The notes under the pieces: model-generated
Seen by the model: only the letters and a program-made list of their open reading frames with translations
Told to the model about the DNA's origin: nothing
Databases searched by the model: none
NCBI RefSeq assembly: GCF_009914755.1
Contig: NC_060927.1
Direction: 5' to 3' (one strand)
Length of the DNA stretch: 64,000 nucleotides
DNA from: the human T2T-CHM13v2.0 reference genome, Homo sapiens
Shown: piece after piece, positions 40,602-52,865 of the stretch
How positions within the stretch are numbered: position 1 is the first letter of the stretch
Layout of the letters: each line of letters opens with the position of its first letter
Translations under genes and position numbers: made by a program

Positions 40602-43390
40602 TCTTGGCAGACTCTTGAAAGCCCCAGGGGAAGTCCTGTGGATTTGACAGCATCTAAGAGGGGGGGGTGGGACTCACTCAATTGAAAGTCTCAAAAAGCT
40701 GCTCCTTTTAGTGATAGCAACAAGGAGTGTCTTGTTCTATCCTCTGGAGTCCCTGTGAGGGGTGGCCATGTCTAAGAGATGCTATTAGCATCCAGGCAGC
40801 ATGCCACAGAAGTGAAAGATTTCATCTGGACTTCTGGAAACTGGCTGTAGGGCAAAGCCACTGCTGATACTGGCCACTCAGTGCCAGAGACGGTGTCTGT
40901 GTACAGGAAGATCTGCCTCACTGGCTCCAAGTTGCTCTAAATTGCTCCAGAAGACAGCAGTATAGGCTATGTATAATTTGTTTCAGTATGGCATAGAGAG
41001 ACACAAATGGATCATTTTAGATTTCTCTTGGTGAGCAACACTTCTATTCATGAGGTATTTTGTTTTCGATTGGCTTTGTACTTTGCAAATTCCACTTGAG
41101 CCTGTGTAAAAAATAGATCTTATTCCCAATAAAGACATCATAGCAAAGATACAAGTGTTTGCCTGGGAATTATTTTACATGAAGTTGTGCTTTGCTTATT
41201 TCTTACAGAACTATTGTAAAGCCCTTTGTCCTGTATTAGAGAGAGAGAGAGAGAGAGAGGTTTTAAAAGCAAGACAGGAGCCTTGGCTTCTATATAAATT
41301 GTGCATATTACTACTTGACACACCATCTTGACCAAGGCCCAGCCTCATCTTAATCTTTGAAAATGCCTGTCTTTCAAGATACCACAGTTTCCACCCTTCC
41401 TGCCTTCCATCATTATTTTGTAAACACCTGCTGCGTAACACCACCTCTTTGATTTCAGACTGCCTGGGTTAGGTGCTTAACATACCAGACTTGCTTTGTC
41501 CTCTGAAAAAAATAGAAATAATTTTGGTAATATTTTCTTTTCAAGATTGTTGTAAAAATTAGATTAGATGATACTTGCAATTGTTTAGTACCATACCTGA
41601 CACATAGGTGCTTCAGAATATTATTTAGAACAAGGCCCAATTCCTGCCATTCTGGAGTTTATAGCCTGGTAAGAGAAGCAGATGAGTCAGTAAATGATTG
41701 GGCTCAATATGTGATGAGTTATATAATTCATTCATTAGCAGACATATACTGAGCCCCTGTTACGTGTTGGGCAATGTTGTAGAGATAATGCAGTGAACCA
41801 AATGGATAAGCTGCCTGCTTTTATGAGGCTTACTGTTGACCAGCAATATAATAGAATTGTGCAGAGGGGTGCCCTAGAAACAGGATTATCAGACTGGGAT
41901 GGAGATGGAAGGATTGGTTTATGTATCAGAGGAGCCCCCACTGGAGGAAGTGAGCCTTGTGTTTTCAGCATTGAGTGGATATATGTTGAGCAAAAGAAGC
42001 CAAATACAAAAGCATACATACTAAAGGATTTCATTTGCAAAAAGTACAAAAGAAGCATGGTAATAGAAATTCCATGGTAATGGAAAACAAGAGCAGTCAC
42101 CTTTGGACAGAGGTTATTGATTGGAAAGGGTCAGAATGGAAATGCCTGGCGCATCTGTGTCTTGGTAAGTAAACACAGAGCTGTACACGCTTATGATTAA
42201 CTCAGTTTATGTTATGTATGTTAAGAAATTTTAATGGCAATAATGAGTGGGCTTATCTACGCAAAAACAGGGAAGGAATAGGAAAGGCTGGGGCAAGGGT
42301 GCTATGTTCCAATGCGGTAAGTCATCCTCTCTGCCTGGGTTGGAAGGATGCATATGGGGATGAAGGTGGGGTGACAGCGACAAGCATCTGTAGATTCAGG
42401 CTGCTATGAGAGAAGAGTTTTTTTCCCCAGGTGTTGGTCATGAAGGCATTTTTTCTTAAGAATGTAGAGTGGCACAGTAGAAACTGACTTTGGTTTGAAT
42501 TGCTTGCCTCTGAACTTCTGTCTGATCTTAGCATCCTTCAGATGGGCTTTTGAGAGGATTACATGGAATAGTGGATGTTGAGTGCAGTGTCTGACATGTA
42601 GCATGTGTTTAATAAATACATAAGAGAGTTAAAAGTATGTGTGTGGCGGGGCAGTATTTAATTAATTGTAATTTTAATACTTGGTGCTCAAAATAAAAAA
42701 CCAGGGTGACTGCATTATGTAGAGAAGTGCTTGCTTATCTGAAACTTTTGATCCTTTAGTTGAATAATTATTTTTATGTAATTATAGCTTAATATTATAT
42801 TAAAAGTATTGGTCATTTTTCCTGTGCTCATTAAACCATTTTAAGCATTTGGGAACAGTGTAAAAGTGGCCAAAGAATTTCTATTTCAGTAAGACTCATA
42901 TTTGGCAAAATTAGTTGTATGAGGGATGAGACAACTAAATATGTCAAGTTTCTCAAGTTTACGGAAAGGTTTGAGTGTGTGGGAAGGGAAGTGGGGAGGA
43001 AGCAGAGAAATTAGTAGGATTTTTAAAAAATGAAACTTAACTGCTTTTGAAATGTTAAACATCAAATTATGGGTATGCTAAATACCTTTTGGAGTTATAA
43101 TGTGTTCGTGTAATCAGCTCCTTATTAACTTTTAAACTGTCATATGGGAAGTTCCTTTTAATCAATAATGAGCCAAGTTCATTCAGACTCTTTTGACAAT
43201 GATGACTAGTCTCCTGCTTATTTTAGACTTTCCAGCTTATCACTTTTAAACTACTCTCACCCTGTTTTACCATACCTCTCTGGAGAATCTCTTGTTTTCT
43301 GGGAGTGCCTTTGCATTGGCTGCCTAGAAAACACTCCATTCTGTGTTTTTACACCTTGAGTCTCTCAGTTGGATCTGCCCTCTGTTTTAG

Positions 43391-43458
43391 GAGCGAGCGA
43401 GCCCGCTGGATAACTGCCCTGGGACACAGCAGCGGGAAGCCGCCTGCAGACCGAACCT
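43391..43458 (+). CDS. ARHGEF26: ARHGEF26 internal coding exon (PH C-terminal helix)
   Basis: Acceptor ccctctgttttag|, donor T|gtaagt. 68 nt, phase 2-1. Translates SERARWITALGHSSGKPPADRT, containing the conserved PH-domain Trp; lies within ORF 43305..43532. Confidence 0.93.
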
Positions 43459-44216
43459 GTAAGTTCTCTCAAGGGGAAGCCCACTTGGGAACATGGATGG
43501 GCTCTGCCCCCTGCTGGACGCCGGGTTACTAACGAGTTATATTGCCACAATACTTGCCTAAGTTTCCTCCAGGGCTTCCTTCTGCTTTACACCAAAAATG
43601 TATGATCCTTGCTTTGGAAGTCAGGGGGTCTGAATTCAAATCCAAGGTGCATTTCTTTGTTGTGTAAACGTGTCAAATCATTGCTTAGCATTGCAGAGCC
43701 TATTTAACCATCTGCAAGTCAGTTACACCATTATATACAACATGGGGTTATTGTGAAGATTAAGTTAAATAATCTATGTTAAAAGCCCTACTTGAACTGT
43801 AAAGCCCTTAAATTTTTAGCTATTATCAGTGGGCAACAGTTGATCATGTTTAAACCTTCTACATACTGACAGTCTGGATTTAAGCTGAAAAGTATTTTTA
43901 ATCTAAAAGAAAATTACCTAAGAATTCTTTTTGACCTTCTAAGAAAGTGTGTTTCACTATTCTAGAGAATTAGAAACTGGCGCAGTGAAGGGGGGTGTTG
44001 TATGCCTATTAGCTTCCTAACTTTGATGCTGTGGTTTCTTAGATTATTACAGTTGCAAGGTCAAATCCAAAGAATTAGAACAAAACACTGTTATCCTGGA
44101 ACACTCAAAAATTATAGCTTTAAGCTTAGATTAAAAGCCAAAATGACTGGTTTGAAAGTTCCCGGAAATCAAGCTTTGTATTAAAAAGCAAATTAAGAAG
44201 TCACATGTCAGCATTT

Positions 44217-44489
44217 TGTTTGTTTGTTTTGAGATGGAGTCTCGCTCTGGCGCTATCTCAGCTCACTGCAAGCTCCGTCTCCTGGGTTCATACCATTCTC
44301 CTGCCTCAGCCTCCCAAGTAGCTGAGACTACAGGCGCCCGCCACCATGCCCAGCTAATTTTTTGTATTTTTAGTAGAGACGGGGTTTCACCGTGTTAGCC
44401 AGGATGGTCCCAATCTCCTGACCTCGTGATCCGCCTGCCTCGGCCTCCCAAAGTGCTGGGATTACAGGCGTGAGCCACCGTGCCCGGCC
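44217..44489 (-). mobile_element. AluY with a ~22-nt internal deletion
   Basis: TSD acatgtcagcattt at 44203-44216 and 44490-44503; gtctcgctctggcgctatctc lacks the tcgcccaggctggagtgcagtg segment. Confidence 0.93.
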
Positions 44490-44994
44490 ACATGTCAGCA
44501 TTTCTGAGGAGGTCTAACATGACTTCTCAGCTTTTGGTTGGAGCTCATTTTATTTCTAAACTTTTTTTTGGAAACTTTCATGTGCTGCTGTTGGGATGGG
44601 GAGACACTCTGATGAGAGCCAGGAGAACTGTGTCTGTTGCAGATTTTGCATGGCCTTGGCACATCAGCAACTCTTTCATGTCTCAGTTTCCCTAATGCAG
44701 AGTGGCTGTTTTCTGTTCCATTGTGTGACATGACTAATGACTCCTGATCAACCTGTTATTGAGGGGAATCATGCATCATAAAAGGCCTCTCAAATCTGAG
44801 CTTCTAAAATTCTAAAGCTTATAGCCAAGCAAGGGAGTTGCTAGAAAAGATGTTCTGCTTTTTATTAGAAGCCCAACTTGTTTCTCTCAATGCTGGCCCT
44901 GAATTGCAGAGAAAAATAAGTAAGTGTACATTATTGGATTGCACATGTTTTTTCTCTGCTACTGGAAACTTAGTATGTCCTCTTTCGGCCTCAG

Positions 44995-45099
44995 CACTGA
45001 CCCAGGTGGAAATCGTTAGGTCATTTACTGCTAAGCAGCCAGATGAACTCTCCCTGCAGGTGGCTGACGTCGTCCTCATCTATCAACGTGTCAGCGATG
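44995..45099 (+). CDS. ARHGEF26: ARHGEF26 penultimate coding exon (SH3 N-terminal half)
   Basis: Acceptor ctctttcggcctcag|, donor G|gtgagt. 105 nt, phase 1-1. Translates (S)LTQVEIVRSFTAKQPDELSLQVADVVLIYQRVSD(G); DELSL is the SH3 RT-loop motif. Confidence 0.95.
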
Positions 45100-45605
45100 G
45101 TGAGTGGGAGCGTTCTTATGGGACACTCGTGGTCCAGGATGCAGAGTGCTATAGACCCGAGGAGTGTCATTTTGTCATCATTGCCCATATTCCAAATCTT
45201 GACATGTTAATGTTTGAGATCACATATATGTACTGTCTTCTCATCTCTAAGGCTAAACCATGACGTTTTCTTTTTTCCCCAGTCCCTCAGTGACCCAGTT
45301 CTTATCTCTAAATATTCGTCCTTTCAAAAATAGCATTCTTCCTGCTATCCTTTACCCAAAGCATCTCCTTTCCCAGCTCAGCCCAGGTTCAAATACTCTC
45401 AGCCTTCTCACTTCAGGGCCTCTGCTCACGTTCTTTCCCTGCCATGTCATTCATTCCCCCTCGAAAGCTTTCCCTGTCCCACTTTCTCTTCTCACCGTAG
45501 CACTTAGCCTGGGGAGGGATGCTGCCTCTCAGCTTTTTCATATCCTTGGAGCCTGGCACACTCCAAATACTTGTTGTTTGGTGTGGACTCTGTTCTTTTT
45601 CACAG

Positions 45606-45748
45606 GCTGGTATGAGGGGGAACGACTACGAGATGGAGAAAGAGGCTGGTTTCCTATGGAATGTGCCAAGGAGATAACATGTCAAGCTACAATTGATAAG
45701 AATGTGGAGAGAATGGGACGCTTGCTAGGACTGGAGACCAACGTGTAG
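45606..45748 (+). CDS. ARHGEF26: ARHGEF26 last coding exon (SH3 C-terminal half and class I PDZ-binding motif ETNV)
   Basis: Acceptor ctgttctttttcacag|. Translates (G)WYEGERLRDGERGWFPMECAKEITCQATIDKNVERMGRLLGLETNV*, with SH3 motifs GWYEG and GWFP. TAG stop at 45746-45748. Confidence 0.95.
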
Positions 45749-46051
45749 TCTCTCAGATGGTCTTTTGTTACTGCAAGATTTGCACGACACTTACCGGGCT
45801 GGTTGGTTCTGGGCTAGTTTTATTGTTAATTTTGTCACAGCCTATTTAATTAAAAGAACGAAAACACTTGCCTTTAAGCTTGCCAGGTTGTTCCGCTCTC
45901 TCATGAGAAGAGCTTGGATACAGTGAGTTTGCACAGCTCAGTTTTTACCTAACCACACACTTGCAGACCTCCTGAGGTACACAGAATAGCTGAGCAGTTC
46001 ACTTCAGGGATCAGGTCATCTCTGCTCCTCCTAGTTTCACCATGTTCTGGC

Positions 46052-46057
46052 AATAAA
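46052..46057 (+). terminator. Candidate proximal polyadenylation signal AATAAA
   Basis: Canonical hexamer ~300 nt after the stop, followed by T-rich sequence (cctggttttctctatcctt). Confidence 0.45.
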
Positions 46058-46486
46058 AAACACATATTATATCCTGGTTTTCTCTATCCTTGCATTACTA
46101 AGGTGACTGTCTCTCTTTATACATCCTTGTATGGTTCTCCCAGTATTAGCAAGATTGTATATCTGTAAAGAATGTCCAGTTTTGTAAATATTTCCCTGCC
46201 TTTTTTTTTCTTTTTTTACATCTGATTTTAATGCTTCGTTAACTTCAAAAGGAACTGGTAGAGTTCAGAAGGTGAGCTGTTGTTTTTCTAAACCTCTTCC
46301 CAGGAAGGGGACATTGACACTTGAATTTTTGTCACCTTTTTCCTCATTAGAAGGAAAGTAGAAAGCCTTACTGTAGGATTTTTAAAAAAAAATCCATCTC
46401 ACCCCATATTGGTCTTAAATAAGTATAGACTAATTAACCTAAGCTACCTTTAACAACGTAGAATTTAGATGGGTTCATATATGTGA

Positions 46487-46807
<321 letters not shown>

Positions 46808-46819
46808 TACTTTCTAATT

Positions 46820-46823
<4 letters not shown>

Positions 46824-46850
<27 letters not shown>
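46824..46850 (+). repeat. A27 mononucleotide run
   Basis: Directly visible. Confidence 0.95.
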
Positions 46851-48078
46851 CTTCCCAAATGAGCTGATAAAAAACTGACGTGAGGCTGCTTTGCCTTCAA
46901 TAATACCTAGTTTTCAGCTGTTCCAACTCGTTTCCAAATAGAAATTAGCTGGAACACACTACAGTAATCTCAAGGAAGGGAAAATTAGGCCTTAAAAGAT
47001 ACCAAGAAGTCAGCATGGTACCCAATTGAAACCTTTTGACCTTAGTGGGAATTCATTCTATTTGCACTAAAAGCCTTAACTTGCTGTATTCAGAGTCCCT
47101 CTTAACTGTGAGTTTCTATAGAACTTTACTTTTTCCACTAGTGCACAGAGAGAGAAAGGTTATCTTAATAGTCGGTTTCATGGAGATGAAGGATGGGAGA
47201 TTAAGAGGGGGGAAATGATTTTTACTGGCAGCTATATTCCCTCTCTGTTCTATTTGCTTTAACAAAGGGATAAAACCTGGCAAAGTGTACATTATTGGAG
47301 GACTCAAATCTGTATGTGACATGTCCCAACTACTGTCCGCTAACTAGTTATCCAAATTGTAAAGCTACAGAAGCCCAGTTGAGGGGTAAGTGTGCCTGGC
47401 TCACACAGCCTGCACCCTGTCACCTCGGCAATGAGCCAGTGTGGGGCACTGGGGACTTCTAACCCTTGGATTGCTCTTTTTGACCTGTGCATACCTTCTA
47501 ATTGTAAAATATATTTCAGACCGTGAGTACCTTGAGATCTGAGCAACTGTGTTAATGAAGTAATAGCAATGGTCCACAGTGAAAGATGTGTTGGGGTTTG
47601 CAAAACAAGCATTCCGTCACCTCTTTAATAATGTCACAGACTTTTTAAAAGAGAGGCTATCAAGTTGTAATATAATCTGTCATGTTTTATTTAGGAAGGA
47701 AGGTAAATTTGTGCTTGCACGGGGATCATTTTGTATTATTTTTGCTAATACCCAGTTGAAGCTAAAAAGCAACTATTTGAATCCTGTGAATTAATTTATA
47801 AGAATGTTAAACAGCTTTGGAAATACATGCATCTTATGAATCATAGCCTTATTTAGCAAGATCAATGTTAAAGTGTTGTTATATGGCAAGTATTTAACAC
47901 ATTCACAGTGTTTGTTTGATTTCAACTGTGAATTGTCTTACAGTTTTTTCAAACCTAGTTGTTTCTATGGACACCTGCTCTGAATTGTACATTGACTTCA
48001 TTACTAAAGAACAAAAATGTTCATTTTTGTCCCAGTAAATTGAGACTGCTTGTACACTTTCAGAAAAATATGTGAATT

Positions 48079-48084
48079 TATAAA
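48079..48084 (+). terminator. Candidate distal polyadenylation signal TATAAA
   Basis: Variant hexamer with TGTA elements at ~47987 and ~48051 upstream and ttgtccttttgtgctggtgtgatttattt downstream. Confidence 0.5.
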
Positions 48085-48483
48085 GATTTTGTAGATACTT
48101 GTCCTTTTGTGCTGGTGTGATTTATTTTACTCTAGGTTGTTTTCAGTTAAGTATACAGTTTCCTGGGTTTTTGGCCAAATCAGAGCTCTATTTAAAAGGT
48201 ATCTGTAGCTAACATTTCAGAGGACTAATCTTTTCTCTTTGGGTACATGCTGGCATCAGCTGCCCTAGAAGACTAGAACATTTTTAGGAGATGGGTCATG
48301 CTGTTTCTTCTCGTAGTTGGCATAAACCTGCAGGACTAAATCGCTTATCTTACATAGTGCACAGTTCCCTTATCCCCTGGAGCATATTCTACCATTCATT
48401 TGGTCACCTCGTATCTGAACCCTTGTGTTTGTGAAATTTTACCACCTTGTGAACCTTGGTAGAAGTAAAAAAATGACTTCCTT

Positions 48484-49086
48484 GACATTAGTTTTTTTTT
48501 GCTGCATAACAAATTGCCACACACTTAGTGGCATAAAACAATACCCATTTAATATCTCACAGTTCTGTAGTCAGAAGTCTAGAATAGCATGGGTGGGTTC
48601 TCTGCTTAGAGTTTCACAAGGCTCTAAGTGTTGGCTGGCTGCTTTCTTACCTGGAGCTTGGTGTCTTCTTTCAAGCTCATTTCTGTTATTGGCAGGATTC
48701 ACGTCCTTGCTGTTGCTGAGCTGAGGTCCTTGTTTGCTTGCTGGCTGTGAGCTGGGGGCTGCTCACAGCTTCTAGAGGCCCTTCATATCCTCGCCACAGG
48801 CTCCTTCCATCTTCAAAGCAGCAATGGCATGTTAACTCCTTTTCTCACTTGGAATCTGTTTGACTCCCTCCTAGGCTACCAGCGGGAGAAAACTCTGCTT
48901 TTAAATAACTTCTTACATAATTAGGTTAGACTCATGAGATAAGTCCCTTATGACACTAACTCAAAATCAAATGATTTGGGACCTTAATTACATCTGCTAA
49001 ATTCCTTTGCCATGCAATATAAAATAATTATGGATGTAGTATCAGGGAGGGATATTGGGGGACATCTTAGATTTCTGCCTATAACA
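48484..49086 (-). mobile_element. MaLR solo LTR (MLT1E/F-type)
   Basis: gctgcataacaaattgccacacacttagtggcataaaacaa...tctcacagttctgtagtcagaagtc...catcttagatttctgcctataaca. Confidence 0.8.
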
Positions 49087-50699
49087 CCTTCTATAAAACC
49101 TTAAGATGTTTGAGGCTTAGAGTTTCCAGCATCTCTTGCAGCTAAGATACACCTAGCTATGTGATAGGAAACAGCAATCAGCTACCTCTATCTTAGAATA
49201 CACCACTCAAAGCCTTCTTTCCTGGATTTTCACTCAAGCTAGTGATGGAAGAGGAAAGAGGTAAGGAATACCATCCCTGGAAGTAGCAGGATGCATCCTC
49301 CTATTTGCTCCATCCCCTATCTGAAATCGCTGATGCATTTTTCCTAGGCTTTGGCAAGTACCAGAGAGGCAGAGCTACTTGGTGGACTTGCAGTGCTAAA
49401 AAATAATCCAGGTCAGTGTTTAGTACCATTAATAACACTTCTCATGGATTTGGTCCCTAAAGGGCTTATTCTCCTGTGGGAGTATGAATCTGAAAGATCT
49501 AAAGGTTTGCTTTCTGAGTTTTCAGTATATTAAAGTCCTGGAAGAAGAAAACACATCCTGTCTCTGAAAGAAACCAGCATCATCAGAACTAAGACTTCTG
49601 TTACTTCTAAAAGCAAATTGTCAAAGTTTCAGTAAACACTAAGACATGGCATTGTGATCCAGAAAAAAACAAACACAGGGACTCTGTATACTAGAATCAT
49701 TAGGTATAGACATTAAAGTACTTACCATTGCTGTTGACGGAGATAAAGCCATAACGGAACTACACAGCTGTGTAGTAGAAGAAAAAAACCTAGAAATTAT
49801 GGAACCGCGTTTAATGCCAGATTAGGTAAGAGTTAAAAGAGATATTGGGGAACGGGAAGAGAGGCTAGAAGATTCTACCCATAAGGAAGCATGGAGAGAG
49901 GAGACCTGGAGAATGTAGGGATTTAACTGGAATCCCAGAGGAGAGTGGAGAGAGAAAGCAGCATTGGCAAGGGGCTGGACCTTTATAACCCTGCTCTGAC
50001 CAGATATGAGAGGCAGGCTATCCCCAGGAAAAGAGAGTGGTCTTGGATAAGGTGGCTCCCTTCAGCTCAGGACAATTCCCATAGAGGGTTGATGGGTGAA
50101 GGCTGTCATCCAGTTGCATTCCCAGCACCTAAAGCAAAAAGTCCTTCAGTCCTGATGGGGGGTCAGGGCAGAACATCACAACGTTCACTAAATGGAGCTC
50201 TATCAATGTTACATAAAGTGGTCTTTAGGGTAAAAGGTATCACTAGGGATAAAGTGGGTGCCTACATAGTGATGAACGTTTCATCTAATCAGGAAGATGG
50301 AGTAACTTAAATATATATTCTAGCAATAACCTAGCATATTTAACTATATGGCCTCAACTAAATAAAGTTGGCAGAAATATAAGAAAAAATAATTAAAATC
50401 ATAGCATGAGACTTCAACACATCTCTCAGTATTTGATAGGAAGAATAGATACAATCAGGAAAAGAATAGAAAATTTTAATGAAATAGTTTAACATAATGG
50501 GAATATATAGGACACTCTGCAAACAATTTCAGCATATACATACTTTTCAAGCACATAAAATATTTACAACATTTGGCTATTCCCTGGGCCATAAGGCAAA
50601 TTCCAACAAATTTTAAAGAACTGAAGTTATGCAGAGTGAGTTCTTTGATGGCAACATAAGTAGGTCAGAAAACAAAAATTAAGAATTATCAATTTATTT

Positions 50700-51930
50700 G
50701 GAAAGTTAGGCCTTTCCAAATGCAAAATTATAAAATTCCTTGAAGATGACATAGGAGACAATCTAGGTGACCTTGGGTTTGGTAATGACTTTTTATCTAC
50801 AACATAAAAAGTATGGTCCATGAAGAAAAAAAATTGGTAAGTTGAACTTTTACAGTAAAAACCTCAGTTCTGTGAAAGACACTGTTAGAATAAAAAGCCA
50901 CAGACAGGAAATATTTGCAAAACATAAAGGATTGGCAATCAAAAACATACAGAAAACTTAAAACTCAACAGAAAAACAACCCAGTGTTCAAATTCAGGGG
51001 TGGCGGGGGGGGAACTAGGCAACTCACCAAAGATAACACAATTAGTAAATAAACATATGAAAAGATATCTAAGATCATACATGAGGGATGAATTTAAAGG
51101 AGATGCCACTATATTCATTAGAATAGCTGAAGTCTAAGACCCTGAAAATACCAAATACTGATGAGGATGTGGAGCAGCAGGAACTCTTACTCACTGCTGA
51201 TGGAAATGCAAAAACAACTTGGGAAGACAGTTGGGCAGTTTCTTAGAGAAATACACACCTACCATATGATCCAACAATTACACTCCTTGGTATTTATCCA
51301 AATGAGTTGAAAATATGCCCACAGGAAAACCTGCACATAAATGTGTATAGCAGCTTTACTCATAATTGTCAAAACTTGAAAGCAACTAAGATGTCCTTCA
51401 ATAGATGAATGGATAAACTGTTACATCTATACAATGGGATATTAATGAGCAATAAAAAAAAGTTATCAAGCCATAAAAAGACATGAAGTAACCTTAAATG
51501 CACATTGCCAGGTGAAAGAAGCCAATCTGAAAAGCCTACACACTTTATGACTCCAAATAAATGACATTCTGGAAAGGCAAACCACATAGAGTGGTTGCCT
51601 GGGACTCAGGGGTAGGGAGGGAAGAATAGGTAGAGCACAGAGGATTTTTTAGGGCAGTGAAAGTGTTCTCTGATACGGTGATAGTGGATACATATACATG
51701 TGTCAAAATGTACAACACAAAGAGTGAACCCTATGTAAACTACGGACTTTAATAATGAAGTATCAAAATTAGCTCATTAATTATAACAAATATAATCCAT
51801 AATACAAGATGTTAATTTAAAAAAACTGGTGGGAGGGGGTAAAGGGGATTATGGGACCTCTGTACCTTTTGCTCAATTTTTCTGTAAACCTAAAACTGCT
51901 CTAAAAAGTGAAGTATTAATTTTTAAAAAA
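50700..51930 (+). mobile_element. L1MC/MD-type 3' end
   Basis: gatgacataggagacaatctaggtgaccttgggtttgg...tttttctgtaaacctaaaactgctctaaaa. Confidence 0.75.
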
Positions 51931-52399
51931 GAATTGCTGAAGAAAGTTTTTCAAAGTAAGGAAATAACAGAATGAAACTTGGAAGATGAGGAATGAAGAA
52001 CAGAATGGGTAAACATTTGGGTAAATATAATAGGCTATCCTTGAGTTTTAAAAATGTGAGATGGCTGAAAGCAAAATTATATTATCTGACATGGTTGTCA
52101 ATGTATGTAAAGGAATTATTTAAGAAAATAAATTATAAAGCAGTAAGCTAAATACCTAAGTGGCTGTAAAGTTCTTACATTTCACTAGAAGTGTCAAACT
52201 GTTGATACTAGTCAACTGATGTTATATATGTATACTGTAATCCACTGAGCAACAAAAAATGTATACGAAGTGATATATTTAAAAACACAATAGACAAGGC
52301 AAAACAGAACAGTAAAAAATAAGAAAAAAATCAGGTACCCACAGGAAGGCAGGAAAAGGGAAACAGGAAAGAAAAAAATATATAAAGAAAGCAAAAATA

Positions 52400-52865
52400 G
52401 AACAGCAGACTTCACTCCTAACATGAATGAATATATAAAATTTGAGTGTCTAAATTGTAATTAGAAGACAGATTCACAGAAACTTTAAAAATTACCGGAC
52501 CATATGCTATCCATTCAAAACACATTTCAAATACAATAAATATAGGTAGGTTTAGAATAAATGAAGGGAAAAACATGTCAAGCAAATACCAATCCAAAAA
52601 AAAAAAAAAAAAAAGCTGGAATGGCTATACTAATATCAGACAAAGCCTTCAGAGCAAAGGGAATTATCAGGCACAGAGGGGGACAATATATAACGATACA
52701 AGGGTCAGTATGCCAAGAAGACATAAAAATCTTAAATATGTATGCAGCAAGTAATACAGCTTTAAAATACATGAAGTACAAACTAGGACAGAATACATGA
52801 ACTAGAATATATGAAGTACAAAACAGAACTAAAAGGAAAACATAGACAAATGACAATATAGTGTT
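52400..52865 (+). mobile_element. Old L1M ORF2 endonuclease region, 5' part (target of the L1PA insertion)
   Basis: ORF 52561..52800 reads KKAGMAILISDK..AKGIIRHRGGQYITIQGSVCQEDIKILNMYA, a degenerate L1 endonuclease. Confidence 0.75.
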
